Notes: generated from the sequence alone by a model not told the origin. A stretch of 64,000 nucleotides of DNA from an uncultured Gammaproteobacteria bacterium (GCA_964362665.1 CAYIFB010000005.1:2556-66555); one strand, 5' to 3'. Positions 1 to 9,841 are shown, counted from the first letter of the stretch. Translations and numbers: made by a program.

Positions 1-1046
1 TGGGAGCGATAGCCTTGTCTTTCATCTTCAAACTTTGGCTGGGATGGCCGTCTTATCTTGATGCAAATAATTTATTTTACATGGTGGGTTATATTTTCAT
101 AGTTTGTTTACTCCAGGGGTATTTTGCCGTCTCCGGGCACCAGATACTCAAAAAACTGCAATGGATCGCCACCATTTTTTTTATCCTGCTTGGTTTGTAC
201 CAGACTTATATAGTTTTCAGCCATTGGGGAGTAAATTCGCTTTTATCCTGGAGGCCAGACAAAATATTAACTGCAGCAGTTGGACCATTTAATTACAAAA
301 TTACTTTCGCACTACTGGTTGATTTACTGATTGCCTACAACTGGACGTGGGAATTTATAGGTGATTTTTCGCGCTTTGCCAAAGACAAGAAAGCCGGTAC
401 CTGGGGGCCTTTTTGGGGAGCAAACATCGCCCAGTACTGGTGGTTTTTAGTAGGGGCTTTGGCTGTGGTTTATCTGTCGGTGACGACAGGCCAGTATTCT
501 CCCTTACTGGCTGATCCTAGCTCCACCACTGTTTCTTTGGGTTTAGGGTGGCTGGCGGCGATCATAGTACTTCTGGCAACCGTTACTACCAATGCTGCCA
601 ACATCTACGCGTCGGCACTGGGCTTTTCCAATATTCTGATTGAGAAAAAAATTTCTTTTAACTCTCTTCTCAAGTTTTCAGCCTGGCTGGTGGTGCCTTT
701 ATCGTTAATACCACTTCTTTCCGCGAGTTTTGTAGGTTTTTATATCTTTTTTCTGGATTTTATAGGGGCAATTGTCGTGCCTCTCTGGACTATAACACTG
801 GTTGATTATTTCCTCATTCATAAAAGAAATTACACCGATGATATGTTTGAAAAGAATAAAGGCAGATATTGGTACCAAAACGGCTGGAACTTGCCGGCGG
901 TAATTTCACTGATTGCAGGGACCATCATTTACTGGTTATTTGCTTACGTCTTTATTAACATCCGCCAATCAGTAACTGCCACAATTCCGACAATCATCAT
1001 TGTGACAATTATTTATCTTAAATTAAAATATGCCTCTAAAGTATAA
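1..1046 (+). CDS. NCS1-family nucleobase (cytosine/purine-type) permease, probably 5'-truncated by the window edge
   Basis: Polytopic membrane ORF with many hydrophobic helices. Has a Trp-rich segment and a 'GDFSRFAKD' motif resembling the NCS1 'DY(S/T)RY' signature. No upstream non-coding sequence is visible before the first Met. Confidence 0.5.
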   Translation, partial: GAIALSFIFKLWLGWPSYLDANNLFYMVGYIFIVCLLQGYFAVSGHQILKKLQWIATIFFILLGLYQTYIVFSHWGVNSLLSWRPDKILTAAVGPFNYKITFALLVDLLIAYNWTWEFIGDFSRFAKDKKAGTWGPFWGANIAQYWWFLVGALAVVYLSVTTGQYSPLLADPSSTTVSLGLGWLAAIIVLLATVTTNAANIYASALGFSNILIEKKISFNSLLKFSAWLVVPLSLIPLLSASFVGFYIFFLDFIGAIVVPLWTITLVDYFLIHKRNYTDDMFEKNKGRYWYQNGWNLPAVISLIAGTIIYWLFAYVFINIRQSVTATIPTIIIVTIIYLKLKYASKV

Positions 1047-1728
1047 CTTACAATTTCTTGATTGGCTGGCGGAGTGGAAGAATAGCTTGCCGAGTATTGT
1101 CTTGTCCAAACTTCTGATTAATCCTGATCGGACAGCGCTGGTATCGATAGACATGGTCAACGGTTTTTGCCATCAGGGAAGTCTGGCAAGTGAAAAGGTA
1201 AAATCCATCATTCCGGAAGCGGTAACTCTTATGAAAAAGCTAAACGACTCCGGCGTAACTAAATTTCTTCTGTTTCAGGATACCCATGATGCCAAAGCAG
1301 AGGAATTTCAAGCTTATCCGCCTCATTGTGTTAAAGGTAGTCTGGAATCCCAAACCATCCCTGAGTTTCTCAATCTTCCTTTTGCTGACAAGTTTGAGGT
1401 GTTTGAAAAAAATTCAATCAGCGCTTTCCAAAATACCCATTTTTCAGATTGGCTGGCCAAAAACAAACAAATTAATACCTTTATAATGGTCGGCAACTGC
1501 ACTGATATTTGCATTTATCAGGCTGTCTTAGAATTAAAAACAGAGGCTAATAGTCGAAATATAACGCGCAGTATAATAGTTCCGGAGAATTGTGTAGCTA
1601 CTTTTGAGACGTCTCTTGAAACCTCCAGGAAAATTGGCGCCATGCCGCATGACAGTACATTGCTGCATGATATCTTTTTATATTCCATGAAGCTCAATGG
1701 AGCAGAAGTTGTTAAAAGCGCTTCCTAA
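1030..1728 (+). CDS. isochorismatase-family cysteine hydrolase (nicotinamidase / RutB-like amidohydrolase)
   Basis: 'ALVSIDMVNGF' matches the isochorismatase 'xLLVIDMQNDF' N-terminal motif. 'MVGNCTDICI' matches the catalytic 'G..TD.CV' cysteine motif. Overlaps the upstream permease by 17 nt, so likely operonic. Confidence 0.7.
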   Translation: MPLKYNLQFLDWLAEWKNSLPSIVLSKLLINPDRTALVSIDMVNGFCHQGSLASEKVKSIIPEAVTLMKKLNDSGVTKFLLFQDTHDAKAEEFQAYPPHCVKGSLESQTIPEFLNLPFADKFEVFEKNSISAFQNTHFSDWLAKNKQINTFIMVGNCTDICIYQAVLELKTEANSRNITRSIIVPENCVATFETSLETSRKIGAMPHDSTLLHDIFLYSMKLNGAEVVKSAS

Positions 1729-1883
1729 GACATTTTCAAGCCTCAAAACTTGTGTTTTATAAGTTGGTGTGATACTATTCTCCACAGGTAACAAGTAAGT
1801 TCCACGGTATCCTCAAGGCTATAAACTCCTTAGGCATCCTGGAATCAATTGGACCAATGAACATGAGAGGAGGTGAAACTAGG

Positions 1884-2177
1884 ATGCAAGCATCAAATTT
1901 TAGCGATCAGACATTAGTATGTCGTGATTGCGGAAATCAATTTACATGGACCGCAGGTGAACAAGAATTCTATAAGCAAAAAGGCTTTGATAATTCTCCC
2001 ACCCGTTGTCCGGATTGTAGAACAAAAAGAAAAGCCGAGAGGATGTCTCAAAGAACCATGTCAAAAATAGTTTGTAGCAAATGTGGCAAGGAAGATGAAG
2101 TGCCTTTTGTACCCCGCAAGGGAACAGGAGTACTTTGTCGAGCTTGTTTTGCTGAACAGAGACAGAACCGAGTTTAA
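1884..2177 (+). CDS. zinc-ribbon protein (zf-trcl-like, two CxxC pairs repeated twice)
   Basis: 'VCRDCGNQFTWTAGEQEFYKQKGFDNSPTRCPDCR' and a second CxxC...CxxC unit. A GGAGGTG Shine-Dalgarno-like sequence sits about 10 nt upstream of the ATG at 1884. An earlier in-frame Met at 1857 is less likely. Confidence 0.55.
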   Translation: MQASNFSDQTLVCRDCGNQFTWTAGEQEFYKQKGFDNSPTRCPDCRTKRKAERMSQRTMSKIVCSKCGKEDEVPFVPRKGTGVLCRACFAEQRQNRV

Positions 2178-2205
2178 GATTTGTAATTAATTTTATAAAC
2201 TTTAA

Positions 2206-2299
2206 GGGCGTACTCCAAAATAACGTTGACATTTTGGATACGCCACATAGGGCCGTAATCCTAAATAATCGTAAGGATTATTTAGGAACGAGCCCTAAG
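2206..2299 (+). repeat. 95-bp palindromic repeat, family B copy 1 (intergenic)
   Basis: Reverse complement of 41156-41249 with a single mismatch. Contains a 12-bp stem tcctaaataatc/gattatttagga and a second imperfect stem ggcgtatccaaaat/attttggagtacgcc. Confidence 0.75.
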
Positions 2300-2334
2300 A
2301 AGTCCCGCAGTTGGCGGGACTTCTTTTATTTTAA
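2299..2334 (+). terminator. rho-independent terminator (plus-strand orientation)
   Basis: Perfect 9-bp stem aagtcccgc-agtt-gcgggactt followed by cttttatttt. It overlaps the stop codon of the minus-strand gene ending at 2326. Confidence 0.5.
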
Positions 2335-4698
2335 CCACTTTAAAAACTTTATAGATTTAATTTTCTTTCTGAAGACTACTAGAAGTACCAGTCCGGCTAT
2401 CTCTAACCATAAAAGAATTACTTTGAGTGTATTCGGCTGATAAGTGAACTCTACTTCATGAACTCCAGGACCAGCCTGCAGGGCCAGATAGAAAGGAAAT
2501 ACGGCAAAGGTCGGCACTTTTTGTCCGTCAAGCGTCGCTTTCCAGTTGGGATGATAATTCATTTTTAAAAGGATAGTACACTGTTTGCAATTTTGAGGAA
2601 CTTCTACAGTCGCTTTATAAGACTGTTTCACGACGCTTTCTTTGAGGATTTTTCCGGAGACTGTTGCCTCCGGAAAAGTAAAAGGAAAATCGGCAAAGAT
2701 ATTGTTTTTTTTACCGTTTTCCGTGTAAGTTACTTCGTCCTGCATGGAGAGGGTTCTTTTCATGCCATCCGGAACTTGGGGATTTTTTTCAAGACTAATA
2801 AACGGGTATGACTTCCAAACCCGGGGATAGGATTTTTGCCAGAGATGGACGATATTGAGAAAGTTTGTTTTGTCAGATTTAACAAACATATCACTCGTAA
2901 CCACGTCAAACCAGCCGCTTGTTGGTACTTCATAAACTTTGAAAGGGCCGAAAGTCTTGGTGAGTTTTGCCTGCGGGGTAAATCCTTCGTCTTTGGTGGC
3001 AACGATAAAGTGAATGTTAAAAAGATCATAGTCAGCCTCAACCCTTTCGTCGAAATTCTGTTCGGTTTCAGATAAAGGCGACCAGGTTTCCGGCAGAAAT
3101 TGGCTCATATCAAAGCCGTTAACCCCAAGAAGCATATACATTTCCGTGGAGCCCAGCCTCATTTGTTTTCCCCAATTGCCGGGGCGACCTGCATAAATTC
3201 GGGCGTTAGGTTGGGATTTCAGGTAATTAATTAGATCCAGAAAATTATGATAATCATATTGATAAGCAATATTCGCTTCACCGATCCAGCGGTTGTTAAA
3301 GCTGGCATAATCTATTGTTTGTTTGACAAGGGTTACGCAGATCACTGAAACGAAAGTTAATACAAGGATATAATATATAATATTTTGATATAGAGATTTA
3401 GTTTTATCATCAAGAGACAATACTCTGGTAATTTCTTCTCCCTGACCTCTTATATATTTTTGTAATAAAAATTTTAATAAATTAATTATCCGCTCAAATG
3501 CCCATTCAATCATTTTTCTGAAAGAGCCAAAAATAGAGGAGTAGGCTACAGGCAGGAGAAACAGAGAGGTGATCTGAATACCTACAATAAATCTATGCAG
3601 GTGAAATTCAGACAATCCCGGAATAAGATTTATAAGTCCTCCCCAAGTCGTTCTGCCGAAGTACATAATAACCCACAGTAAAAACATCAAGGCAAAGATA
3701 AACAGTTTTTGGTCAAGAAGAATGGTGAAAAAACCAATACCGACAAGGTAGGTTGTTACTGCAGGTCTTTTCCAGTCAAAAATTTCACCCTGAAAAAATT
3801 GCCGCACCACTTCATACCAGCCGTATGAATCAAATTTCCAGATCGGATCCCAAAAAGATATCATGTGGTAATTGGTATATAAGAGAACTGGAACAATCCA
3901 GTATGACAGGATGAAGACAATGACAAGGTAAATTAAAACAAGTCTTTTCAGCCTTAAAAGAATAAGTTTCGGATTCAGATCCAAAAAGATAAAGATCCCA
4001 CCGGAAATCAGAGAAATCATGCCAATCCCAAGGTGTCCGCTGATTGTTAAAACCAGAAAAAGAATCGCCAGGAAAATAGGTAGCGGTTTGCTGTAATTTT
4101 TTAAAGATAAATATAGGAAAGATAAGCCAAGAGGCATGAAAAATATGGCATAAAGCTGGGAAGTTAGGCCATAACCCCGCCAGAGGAAACTGGGAGGATC
4201 AATGCCGTAATATCCGTCAGTTGAGAAGTTAGCGGCCGTGAATGCCGTGAGGGCGCAGGTGAAAGGGGAGAAACCAAGTATCCGCAGGGAGAGAAAAATC
4301 GGCAGTGGAAAGAGGATCAGGAGTAGGAATTTGGTCAGATTGTAATACTGGTAAAGCGTGAAATTGCTTTGAAAAAGGCTTGTAACAGGTTGGATTATAA
4401 GATGGTATGAAGACACAAGAACAATTTGCGGCAGATGTGTGTAGTAAAAGGGCAGAGAATACCCTTCTGCCCAGGCAGTAACCAGATGATCCATCAAGTT
4501 GGGAAGGCAGTTTAAAGACAGCGGGCATCCGTAATTTTCCCAAACCCAGTTAGTACGATAGACCAGAGAATACTGGAAGATATTATCGTTGGGGTCTGCC
4601 AGAATTTTCGTCTCCGGAAAATACAGCCAAAAGTTAAACCCGATGGTAAATATCAGTATCAGATAACCCAATACAGACGTAATTTTTTTCATATTCAC
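2326..4698 (-). CDS. YfhO-like polytopic membrane glycosyltransferase (GT-C fold)
   Basis: About 14 predicted TM helices in the N-terminal two thirds and a large C-terminal extracytoplasmic domain. The C-terminal 'NYHPNWKATLDGQKVPTF...HEVEFTYQP' resembles the YfhO/GT-C C-terminal 'NYdkGWKAyVDGkev...Hkvef.Y' signature. Shares a 4-nt overlap with the next gene. Confidence 0.6.
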   Translation of the reverse strand: MNMKKITSVLGYLILIFTIGFNFWLYFPETKILADPNDNIFQYSLVYRTNWVWENYGCPLSLNCLPNLMDHLVTAWAEGYSLPFYYTHLPQIVLVSSYHLIIQPVTSLFQSNFTLYQYYNLTKFLLLILFPLPIFLSLRILGFSPFTCALTAFTAANFSTDGYYGIDPPSFLWRGYGLTSQLYAIFFMPLGLSFLYLSLKNYSKPLPIFLAILFLVLTISGHLGIGMISLISGGIFIFLDLNPKLILLRLKRLVLIYLVIVFILSYWIVPVLLYTNYHMISFWDPIWKFDSYGWYEVVRQFFQGEIFDWKRPAVTTYLVGIGFFTILLDQKLFIFALMFLLWVIMYFGRTTWGGLINLIPGLSEFHLHRFIVGIQITSLFLLPVAYSSIFGSFRKMIEWAFERIINLLKFLLQKYIRGQGEEITRVLSLDDKTKSLYQNIIYYILVLTFVSVICVTLVKQTIDYASFNNRWIGEANIAYQYDYHNFLDLINYLKSQPNARIYAGRPGNWGKQMRLGSTEMYMLLGVNGFDMSQFLPETWSPLSETEQNFDERVEADYDLFNIHFIVATKDEGFTPQAKLTKTFGPFKVYEVPTSGWFDVVTSDMFVKSDKTNFLNIVHLWQKSYPRVWKSYPFISLEKNPQVPDGMKRTLSMQDEVTYTENGKKNNIFADFPFTFPEATVSGKILKESVVKQSYKATVEVPQNCKQCTILLKMNYHPNWKATLDGQKVPTFAVFPFYLALQAGPGVHEVEFTYQPNTLKVILLWLEIAGLVLLVVFRKKIKSIKFLKWLK

Positions 4699-6527
4699 GG
4701 ATAAAGTATAGGACTGAGCCAGTCGGCATGGTCGTTATTGTTTCCGTCACCTCCGTCATCCACAATGAGCGCCAAATTTTTAACTCCGCTGACATCAACT
4801 TCAGCGTGTTTGGGAAAATCAAATCTGCCCATTTTACCACTATCAAAAAGCTTTTTGCCGTCACCCAAAATTTGAAAAACCACTGTAGCCTGAGTGCCTG
4901 CCTCGTTATCAATGCCCATATCTGTAGAAAATCTTTTGAACTTTTTATTAATATCAAAGACCAGATTTGATTTGGCATGGGCCCCAAAACCCTTTCGATA
5001 ATAAAAGTAATTATTAGAGAGTCTATTCCAGGATTTCCAGCCGGAGAAGGAATTAACGCTTTTATTTACCTGAAGAATACTAAAATCCTGAGAGGCTATA
5101 ATAGGCTTAAAGGATGTTAAAGAAACTTTTTGACGGAGCAGGAGGGATGAATTAGTGAGAGTTAGGCCAATGGCAGTAAGTATAAAAGGGACTGTCAGAA
5201 TAAATGGGGAAATCTGTGAGAAGACAAAAGGCAATAAAGCAAAAAAAAGCAGGATATGAAGATAAGCACTGGCTATTGTAAGTTGCGGTGTAGTGATTTT
5301 TGAGAGAAGTCCCCAGCCATTTTGAGGATAATTATAAATCAAACCAAAATGAATATTAAAAAAGATTAGAATGCTGGCCAAAATATATAAAATCCAGAAA
5401 TAGTTGGCGCTTCTGAATAAATTTTTCAGATAGCTTTTTAAATTAATGAACCGTATCATGAATTTACCGTATTCCAGATTCAAAAAAGGATATAAAAACA
5501 ACATCAGGACGACCACAGGATAACTGTATCTTTCGTGGCTTTCAGTGGTAAAAAGGAAAAAAGCCAAGATGCCGATAATGAGAGACAGGAAAAAATTCCG
5601 GGCGTTAGTTTTTAAATACAACAAAAGACAGCTCAAGAAGTAAAAAGAGGAAAAGATGATTAGGCCAACTGTTTTAGCATTAGTCATTCCTAAAACCGTA
5701 ATTTTATCGATGACATTAAGTCCCTTCGCATTGGAGACAATCCACCAGAGATTATGGGCATTAAGAGAGAGCCAGGGAAAATAATCGCTGTTTAAGGTCA
5801 TCAAAAATAGGACCTGATTCAAATCGCCTGCTAAAACAAAAGGAAGACAGATCACGACAAAAGTTATTGCTGAAACAAACATAGATTTTATTAGAGTTTT
5901 TGAGCCAAAACTGCGATAAATGAAGATAAAGTAGATCGGCAGATAAATAATATTCTGGAGTTTCATGAGTGTGCCCGTAATAAAAATGAAGGTTGCCAGG
6001 TATGGTTTTCTATAAAAAAGAAGAATGATGGCAAGAAGTGAAAACATAATCCCGAAAGATTCTACCTGTCCCCATAACGCCGAGTCGATGATCACAACCG
6101 GGTTAAGGTAAAAAACGGCCGAGAGAATCAAGGGTAAATTAGGAGATAAGGGAAGAGTAACCCCAAGTTTTTTCAGGCGTTCTTTTTGCGAGAAAAAAAA
6201 ATAAATTAACCAGGCAATAAAAACATCGGCGGCAATTGCGATGGATTTGGAGACGAATAAAAAAGCAAAATTATTTTCACGCCAGAAAGAGTTGAAGTCA
6301 TGCGGATTTCCAAAAAATGAATATAGTTTACCCATAATCCACAATACATAAATAAATCCCGGCGGATAATTGATGTTTGTATTATGGGAAGTCCAAACGA
6401 TTCCATGGTCGATGGCCGCCAGTCCCCAGGATTTCCAGAACGAAACATCAGCCAGAAAACCTGTGTTGCCGATAAGAAGAAGTCTAATAACAAGTCCAAC
6501 TACGATCAGAATGGGAAAGGCAGACAT
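4695..6527 (-). CDS. polytopic membrane glycosyltransferase-like protein (GT-C/PMT-like) with a C-terminal NPCBM/NEW2-like carbohydrate-binding domain
   Basis: N-terminal multi-TM region with 'LLIGNTGFLADVSFWKSW' in the first loop. The C-terminus 'ATVVFQILGDGKKLFDSG...VDVSGVKNLALIVDDGGDGNNNDHADWLSP' matches the NPCBM-type 'vDGdgk...DHADWadA' pattern. Confidence 0.5.
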   Translation of the reverse strand: MSAFPILIVVGLVIRLLLIGNTGFLADVSFWKSWGLAAIDHGIVWTSHNTNINYPPGFIYVLWIMGKLYSFFGNPHDFNSFWRENNFAFLFVSKSIAIAADVFIAWLIYFFFSQKERLKKLGVTLPLSPNLPLILSAVFYLNPVVIIDSALWGQVESFGIMFSLLAIILLFYRKPYLATFIFITGTLMKLQNIIYLPIYFIFIYRSFGSKTLIKSMFVSAITFVVICLPFVLAGDLNQVLFLMTLNSDYFPWLSLNAHNLWWIVSNAKGLNVIDKITVLGMTNAKTVGLIIFSSFYFLSCLLLYLKTNARNFFLSLIIGILAFFLFTTESHERYSYPVVVLMLFLYPFLNLEYGKFMIRFINLKSYLKNLFRSANYFWILYILASILIFFNIHFGLIYNYPQNGWGLLSKITTPQLTIASAYLHILLFFALLPFVFSQISPFILTVPFILTAIGLTLTNSSLLLRQKVSLTSFKPIIASQDFSILQVNKSVNSFSGWKSWNRLSNNYFYYRKGFGAHAKSNLVFDINKKFKRFSTDMGIDNEAGTQATVVFQILGDGKKLFDSGKMGRFDFPKHAEVDVSGVKNLALIVDDGGDGNNNDHADWLSPILYP

Positions 6528-6613
6528 AAGTCTGGGGTCATTTTAACAAAAAAGTTTACTATTTGTAATATACCTTTTTAATTAATGAGGACAATATGGC
6601 GCTTATTGGATGC

Positions 6614-6859
6614 TTATATTTTACTGACTACTTTTCTCCGGTTTCTCTTGTTTTCCTCTTTGCGGAGAAGTGAGCTGGCATGAATTGCGTCAAGATGGTC
6701 ATTTCTAACTTTCATTTCTTTATCTATTAGCTTTTGACAAGCAGGATCAGGACAAATATTAGTTGTATAGGTCAGGAGAGACTTGCCAACTAGTTCTTTC
6801 CAGCTTTTGGCAACAATTCGCTCCTTACCGCAACGGATACAGGGATTTGACTGTGACAT
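6614..6859 (-). CDS. small zinc-finger protein (CxxC ... CPDPAC), hypothetical
   Basis: 81-aa ORF with paired cysteines and a basic C-terminus. Co-directional and adjacent to the RRM protein gene. Confidence 0.35.
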   Translation of the reverse strand: MSQSNPCIRCGKERIVAKSWKELVGKSLLTYTTNICPDPACQKLIDKEMKVRNDHLDAIHASSLLRKEENKRNRRKVVSKI

Positions 6860-6888
6860 AGTCTATTTATCCTCCCTAAATGTTAAGT

Positions 6889-7224
6889 TTAATATCGTCT
6901 AGCGCCACCGCGACTTGATCCACCACCGAATCCGCCTCTTCGTCCTGCTCCACTGCCCCGGCCATCAGTATAGGTGGGTTTTGGAAGGGCTTCTTTGACG
7001 ATGATTTTTCGGCCTTCGAGTTCATGGCCGTTTAACTTTTCAATAGCGTTTTTGGCATCTTCTTCGGTAGCCATTTCAACAAAGGCAAACCCTCGGCTGG
7101 AGCCTGAAAATTTATCCTTGATAATATTTACAGATTGGACTTGTCCGACCCCTGCAAAAAGCTGTCCAAGAGCATCATCTCCAACGGTGAAAGGAAGGCT
7201 TCCGACAAATAGATTTTTTACCAT
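6889..7224 (-). CDS. glycine-rich RNA-binding protein with a single RRM domain
   Basis: RNP-2 'LFVGSL' and RNP-1 'RGFAFVEM' motifs. Gly/Arg-rich tail 'GRGSGAGRRGGFGGGSSRGGARR'. Confidence 0.85.
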   Translation of the reverse strand: MVKNLFVGSLPFTVGDDALGQLFAGVGQVQSVNIIKDKFSGSSRGFAFVEMATEEDAKNAIEKLNGHELEGRKIIVKEALPKPTYTDGRGSGAGRRGGFGGGSSRGGARRY

Positions 7225-7418
7225 TATTAACTCCTTGAGATGCTTATATTCTAATAAAAAGCAATTTTATTAAACAAATTAACCTGCTTAAATGAGAAGT
7301 TGACTTAAAAAGCGGAAAAGATGGGTGTCTAAATCTGATTTAAACAGATTAATTTATTCAAATCTGTCTAAAAGAATAGTATCACGTAACCCTTAAATTA
7401 GCAAGGTCTTCTACGATG

Positions 7419-8096
7419 TTATTTATTGGGAGTCCAATCGACACTGTCAACAATTCTGTCAAAAATAGAGGGATCCAGATTTCCATTGGCCAAATGGATG
7501 ATGAGATTGTTATTGCCAGGAATCTCGAAAAAAACATCGACATTGGGGGTTTGGTCGACATTATTGATATAAACTGCCCGATAACCTTTGAGGTTATTTA
7601 TATTTTGAAAGGCGTCAATCTTATCAACTCCTTTCAAGCCGGAAAAGTACTTGTACCAGTTTTTCACATAATCAATAACCGGTTTTCCGGTAAGCAGGGG
7701 ATCACGGTCGGATATTTTTTCAATATTGAGGATTATATTTACTTTGGGATCGACATTTTCGAAACTGAAAGCGACGCTGTCTAATTTATCCTTGGGAAAA
7801 ACCACCAGTTTGAGAGATTCGGGATAGTTAAAAGAATACGGATAAATTATCCCTCGAAATTTAATCCATTTGTCATTCTCGGATGCAGTAAATAATTTTC
7901 GGGGTTTGAGAGTGAGTGTTGGTAAAATTGGTTTTACGGTCGAAGACGGACCAAGATAGGTGACTCCGCCGGGCAAAATAATGCTACTCGACTGGAGAAG
8001 GGAATACCGGTAAGTGATGTAAAGCGCTCCGATAGTAAGACATATGGTAAAGATGAAAAAAATTAACTTCTGCTGGTTTACCTTTTTAACTAACAT
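7419..8096 (-). CDS. hypothetical N-terminally anchored secreted protein
   Basis: Single N-terminal TM/signal-anchor ('LIFFIFTICLTIGALYI'). The rest is hydrophilic. No recognisable motif. Confidence 0.35.
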   Translation of the reverse strand: MLVKKVNQQKLIFFIFTICLTIGALYITYRYSLLQSSSIILPGGVTYLGPSSTVKPILPTLTLKPRKLFTASENDKWIKFRGIIYPYSFNYPESLKLVVFPKDKLDSVAFSFENVDPKVNIILNIEKISDRDPLLTGKPVIDYVKNWYKYFSGLKGVDKIDAFQNINNLKGYRAVYINNVDQTPNVDVFFEIPGNNNLIIHLANGNLDPSIFDRIVDSVDWTPNK

Positions 8097-8107
8097 ATGT
8101 TTATTCT

Positions 8108-9841
8108 GTGATAGAATTGTATCACCAATCAGTTGATCATAAAACAGCCTGCATGAAAAATAATCCTAAAAAAACAAAGTTAATCTTGATTTTTTTAAGC
8201 ATTCTATTTGTCTTCTTTTCCTTTTCACCCAGCCTCTACGAAATCGAACAAAAATCTTTGCTACCTCCCGAAAGATCTTTTGAGCTGGTGCACAATTACA
8301 TGTTTGATTATAACTTTTATCTGTCGAGAATCAGAGAAGGGTATGAAAACAGATGGCTCGTAACGGAGAAGTACTATAATCAACCGCATAACGGATCTTT
8401 AATCCAGGTCTTATATCTGTATCTGGGCAGATTTGGCAATCTCTTGAAAGTTGATCCTTCTACGGTTTATCACGCCGCCAGAATTATCTTCGGTTTGGCT
8501 TTTTTACTCCTTACTGCCTTTTATTGTTATAGATTATTCCCGTCAAAATGGTCTATTTTAAGTTTTATCTTTACGGTTTCTGCCGGAAGCTGGCCTGTTC
8601 TTGTCCGGGCAGGCAATTTCTGGCGGTTTGCGACATACATGGGTTGGTGGTCGGTAATTGATAGTCTGCAGAGGATTACCTTCATCCCGCATATTTTATA
8701 CGGTCAGCTGATTCTTCTTTGTTTAATTATGAGAATTACCCGGATTGAAGGTGGACGAAATATTCTTAATTTATTACTTTGGGGGCTGATTGGATTTTCA
8801 GCCGGTATAGTTTTTCCTCCGGCGCTCCTTATTTTGTTTACTTTTTTTGTGGTGTACAACCTATTGGAATTTTTTTCATCCAATTTCAGTTCGTCTCCTG
8901 CCAAAAAATGGCTAAAAGTGGAAATATTGCCTAAGCTCATTATTCTTTTTCTGTCTAGCTTATCTTTAGCGGTGATGAGCTGGCAATTAAGAGAATATCC
9001 CTGGAAAGCGCTGGCAGAATTTGACATCAACCACAGATTTATCATGCCCTATTTAGAATATATTTTAGCCTACGGCCCATTCCTGATATTTGCCCTGTTC
9101 GGACTGATTCAGGCAATCAGAAAAGTCGAGAGAAAGCTGTTTGGGGTTGTTGCCTGGATTATGGCCTTAATCATCCTTTTTGCCGTCTTTGAGTTTATTC
9201 CTCAGCAGTCCGCTCTTCGCTTCACCGAAGGGGCAATTCATATACCGATTGGTATTCTGGCCGGATATTTCGTCATGGAAGTTTGGAAGTATTCCGGAAA
9301 ACTTATTGGCAATAGGAGAGTGATTACCCGTGCTGTAATTATAAGCGTTGTCGGATTGTCGATATTAATGGAACTTGGGGTAATGACTTCGATGAGTTTA
9401 TGGCTGAAAGACCAAGCAGATTCTAAAAGATCGGGAACATTCAGAGTGCCGACAGGCGCCCAGCTTATTTATCCCCTCAAAGATTTTATGGACGCGATTT
9501 TCTATCTGAAATCAAATTCAGAGATTCGTGATGTAGTATTGGCAGGTGAGACTGCAGGAAATTATATCCCAGCCTACTCAGGAAATTTTGTATATGTCGG
9601 CCATGCCAATACACCTCATGAAGCAGAAAAAGCGCAAAAGGTCGAACAATTTTATGCGGGAAAAATGGAATTAAAAGATTCCCTGCAGTTTTTGAGGCGA
9701 GAAAATATCGCCTTTGTTTATTATGGTCCGCAGGAGAAAGATATGGGCAACCTTAACGGATTAAATATAAAATATCCGTTCCTTATAGCAGTCTATAAAA
9801 ATCCTCAGGTGATTATCTACAGGCTTAATTTAGGGCTTTAA
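8108..9841 (+). CDS. GT-C-like polytopic membrane glycosyltransferase, paralog family member 1 (alternative start at 8153)
   Basis: Shares with ORFs 9830-11509, 39824-41635 and 45273-47018 an acidic first-loop motif ('HNYMFDYNFYLS...G'), an 'RITFIPHIL' motif and a conserved C-terminal 'AGETAGNYIPAYSGNFVYVGH...FYAGKM' segment. Confidence 0.6.
   Translation: MIELYHQSVDHKTACMKNNPKKTKLILIFLSILFVFFSFSPSLYEIEQKSLLPPERSFELVHNYMFDYNFYLSRIREGYENRWLVTEKYYNQPHNGSLIQVLYLYLGRFGNLLKVDPSTVYHAARIIFGLAFLLLTAFYCYRLFPSKWSILSFIFTVSAGSWPVLVRAGNFWRFATYMGWWSVIDSLQRITFIPHILYGQLILLCLIMRITRIEGGRNILNLLLWGLIGFSAGIVFPPALLILFTFFVVYNLLEFFSSNFSSSPAKKWLKVEILPKLIILFLSSLSLAVMSWQLREYPWKALAEFDINHRFIMPYLEYILAYGPFLIFALFGLIQAIRKVERKLFGVVAWIMALIILFAVFEFIPQQSALRFTEGAIHIPIGILAGYFVMEVWKYSGKLIGNRRVITRAVIISVVGLSILMELGVMTSMSLWLKDQADSKRSGTFRVPTGAQLIYPLKDFMDAIFYLKSNSEIRDVVLAGETAGNYIPAYSGNFVYVGHANTPHEAEKAQKVEQFYAGKMELKDSLQFLRRENIAFVYYGPQEKDMGNLNGLNIKYPFLIAVYKNPQVIIYRLNLGL

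Noticed and set aside
2234-2440. 68-aa plus-strand ORF (MDTPHRAVILNNRKDY...)
   Set aside because: It lies within the 95-bp repeat element and the terminator, and overlaps the 3' end of the minus-strand YfhO-like gene. Its open frame is a by-product of the repeat; the same peptide appears in-frame in gene 39824-41635 by insertion.
4634-4987. 117-aa minus-strand ORF and 80-aa plus-strand ORF overlapping the 3' end of gene 4695-6527
   Set aside because: They overlap a well-supported long CDS and have no motifs. Probably spurious.
6974-7273. 99-aa plus-strand ORF antisense to the RRM gene
   Set aside because: It is an antisense shadow of a strongly supported CDS.
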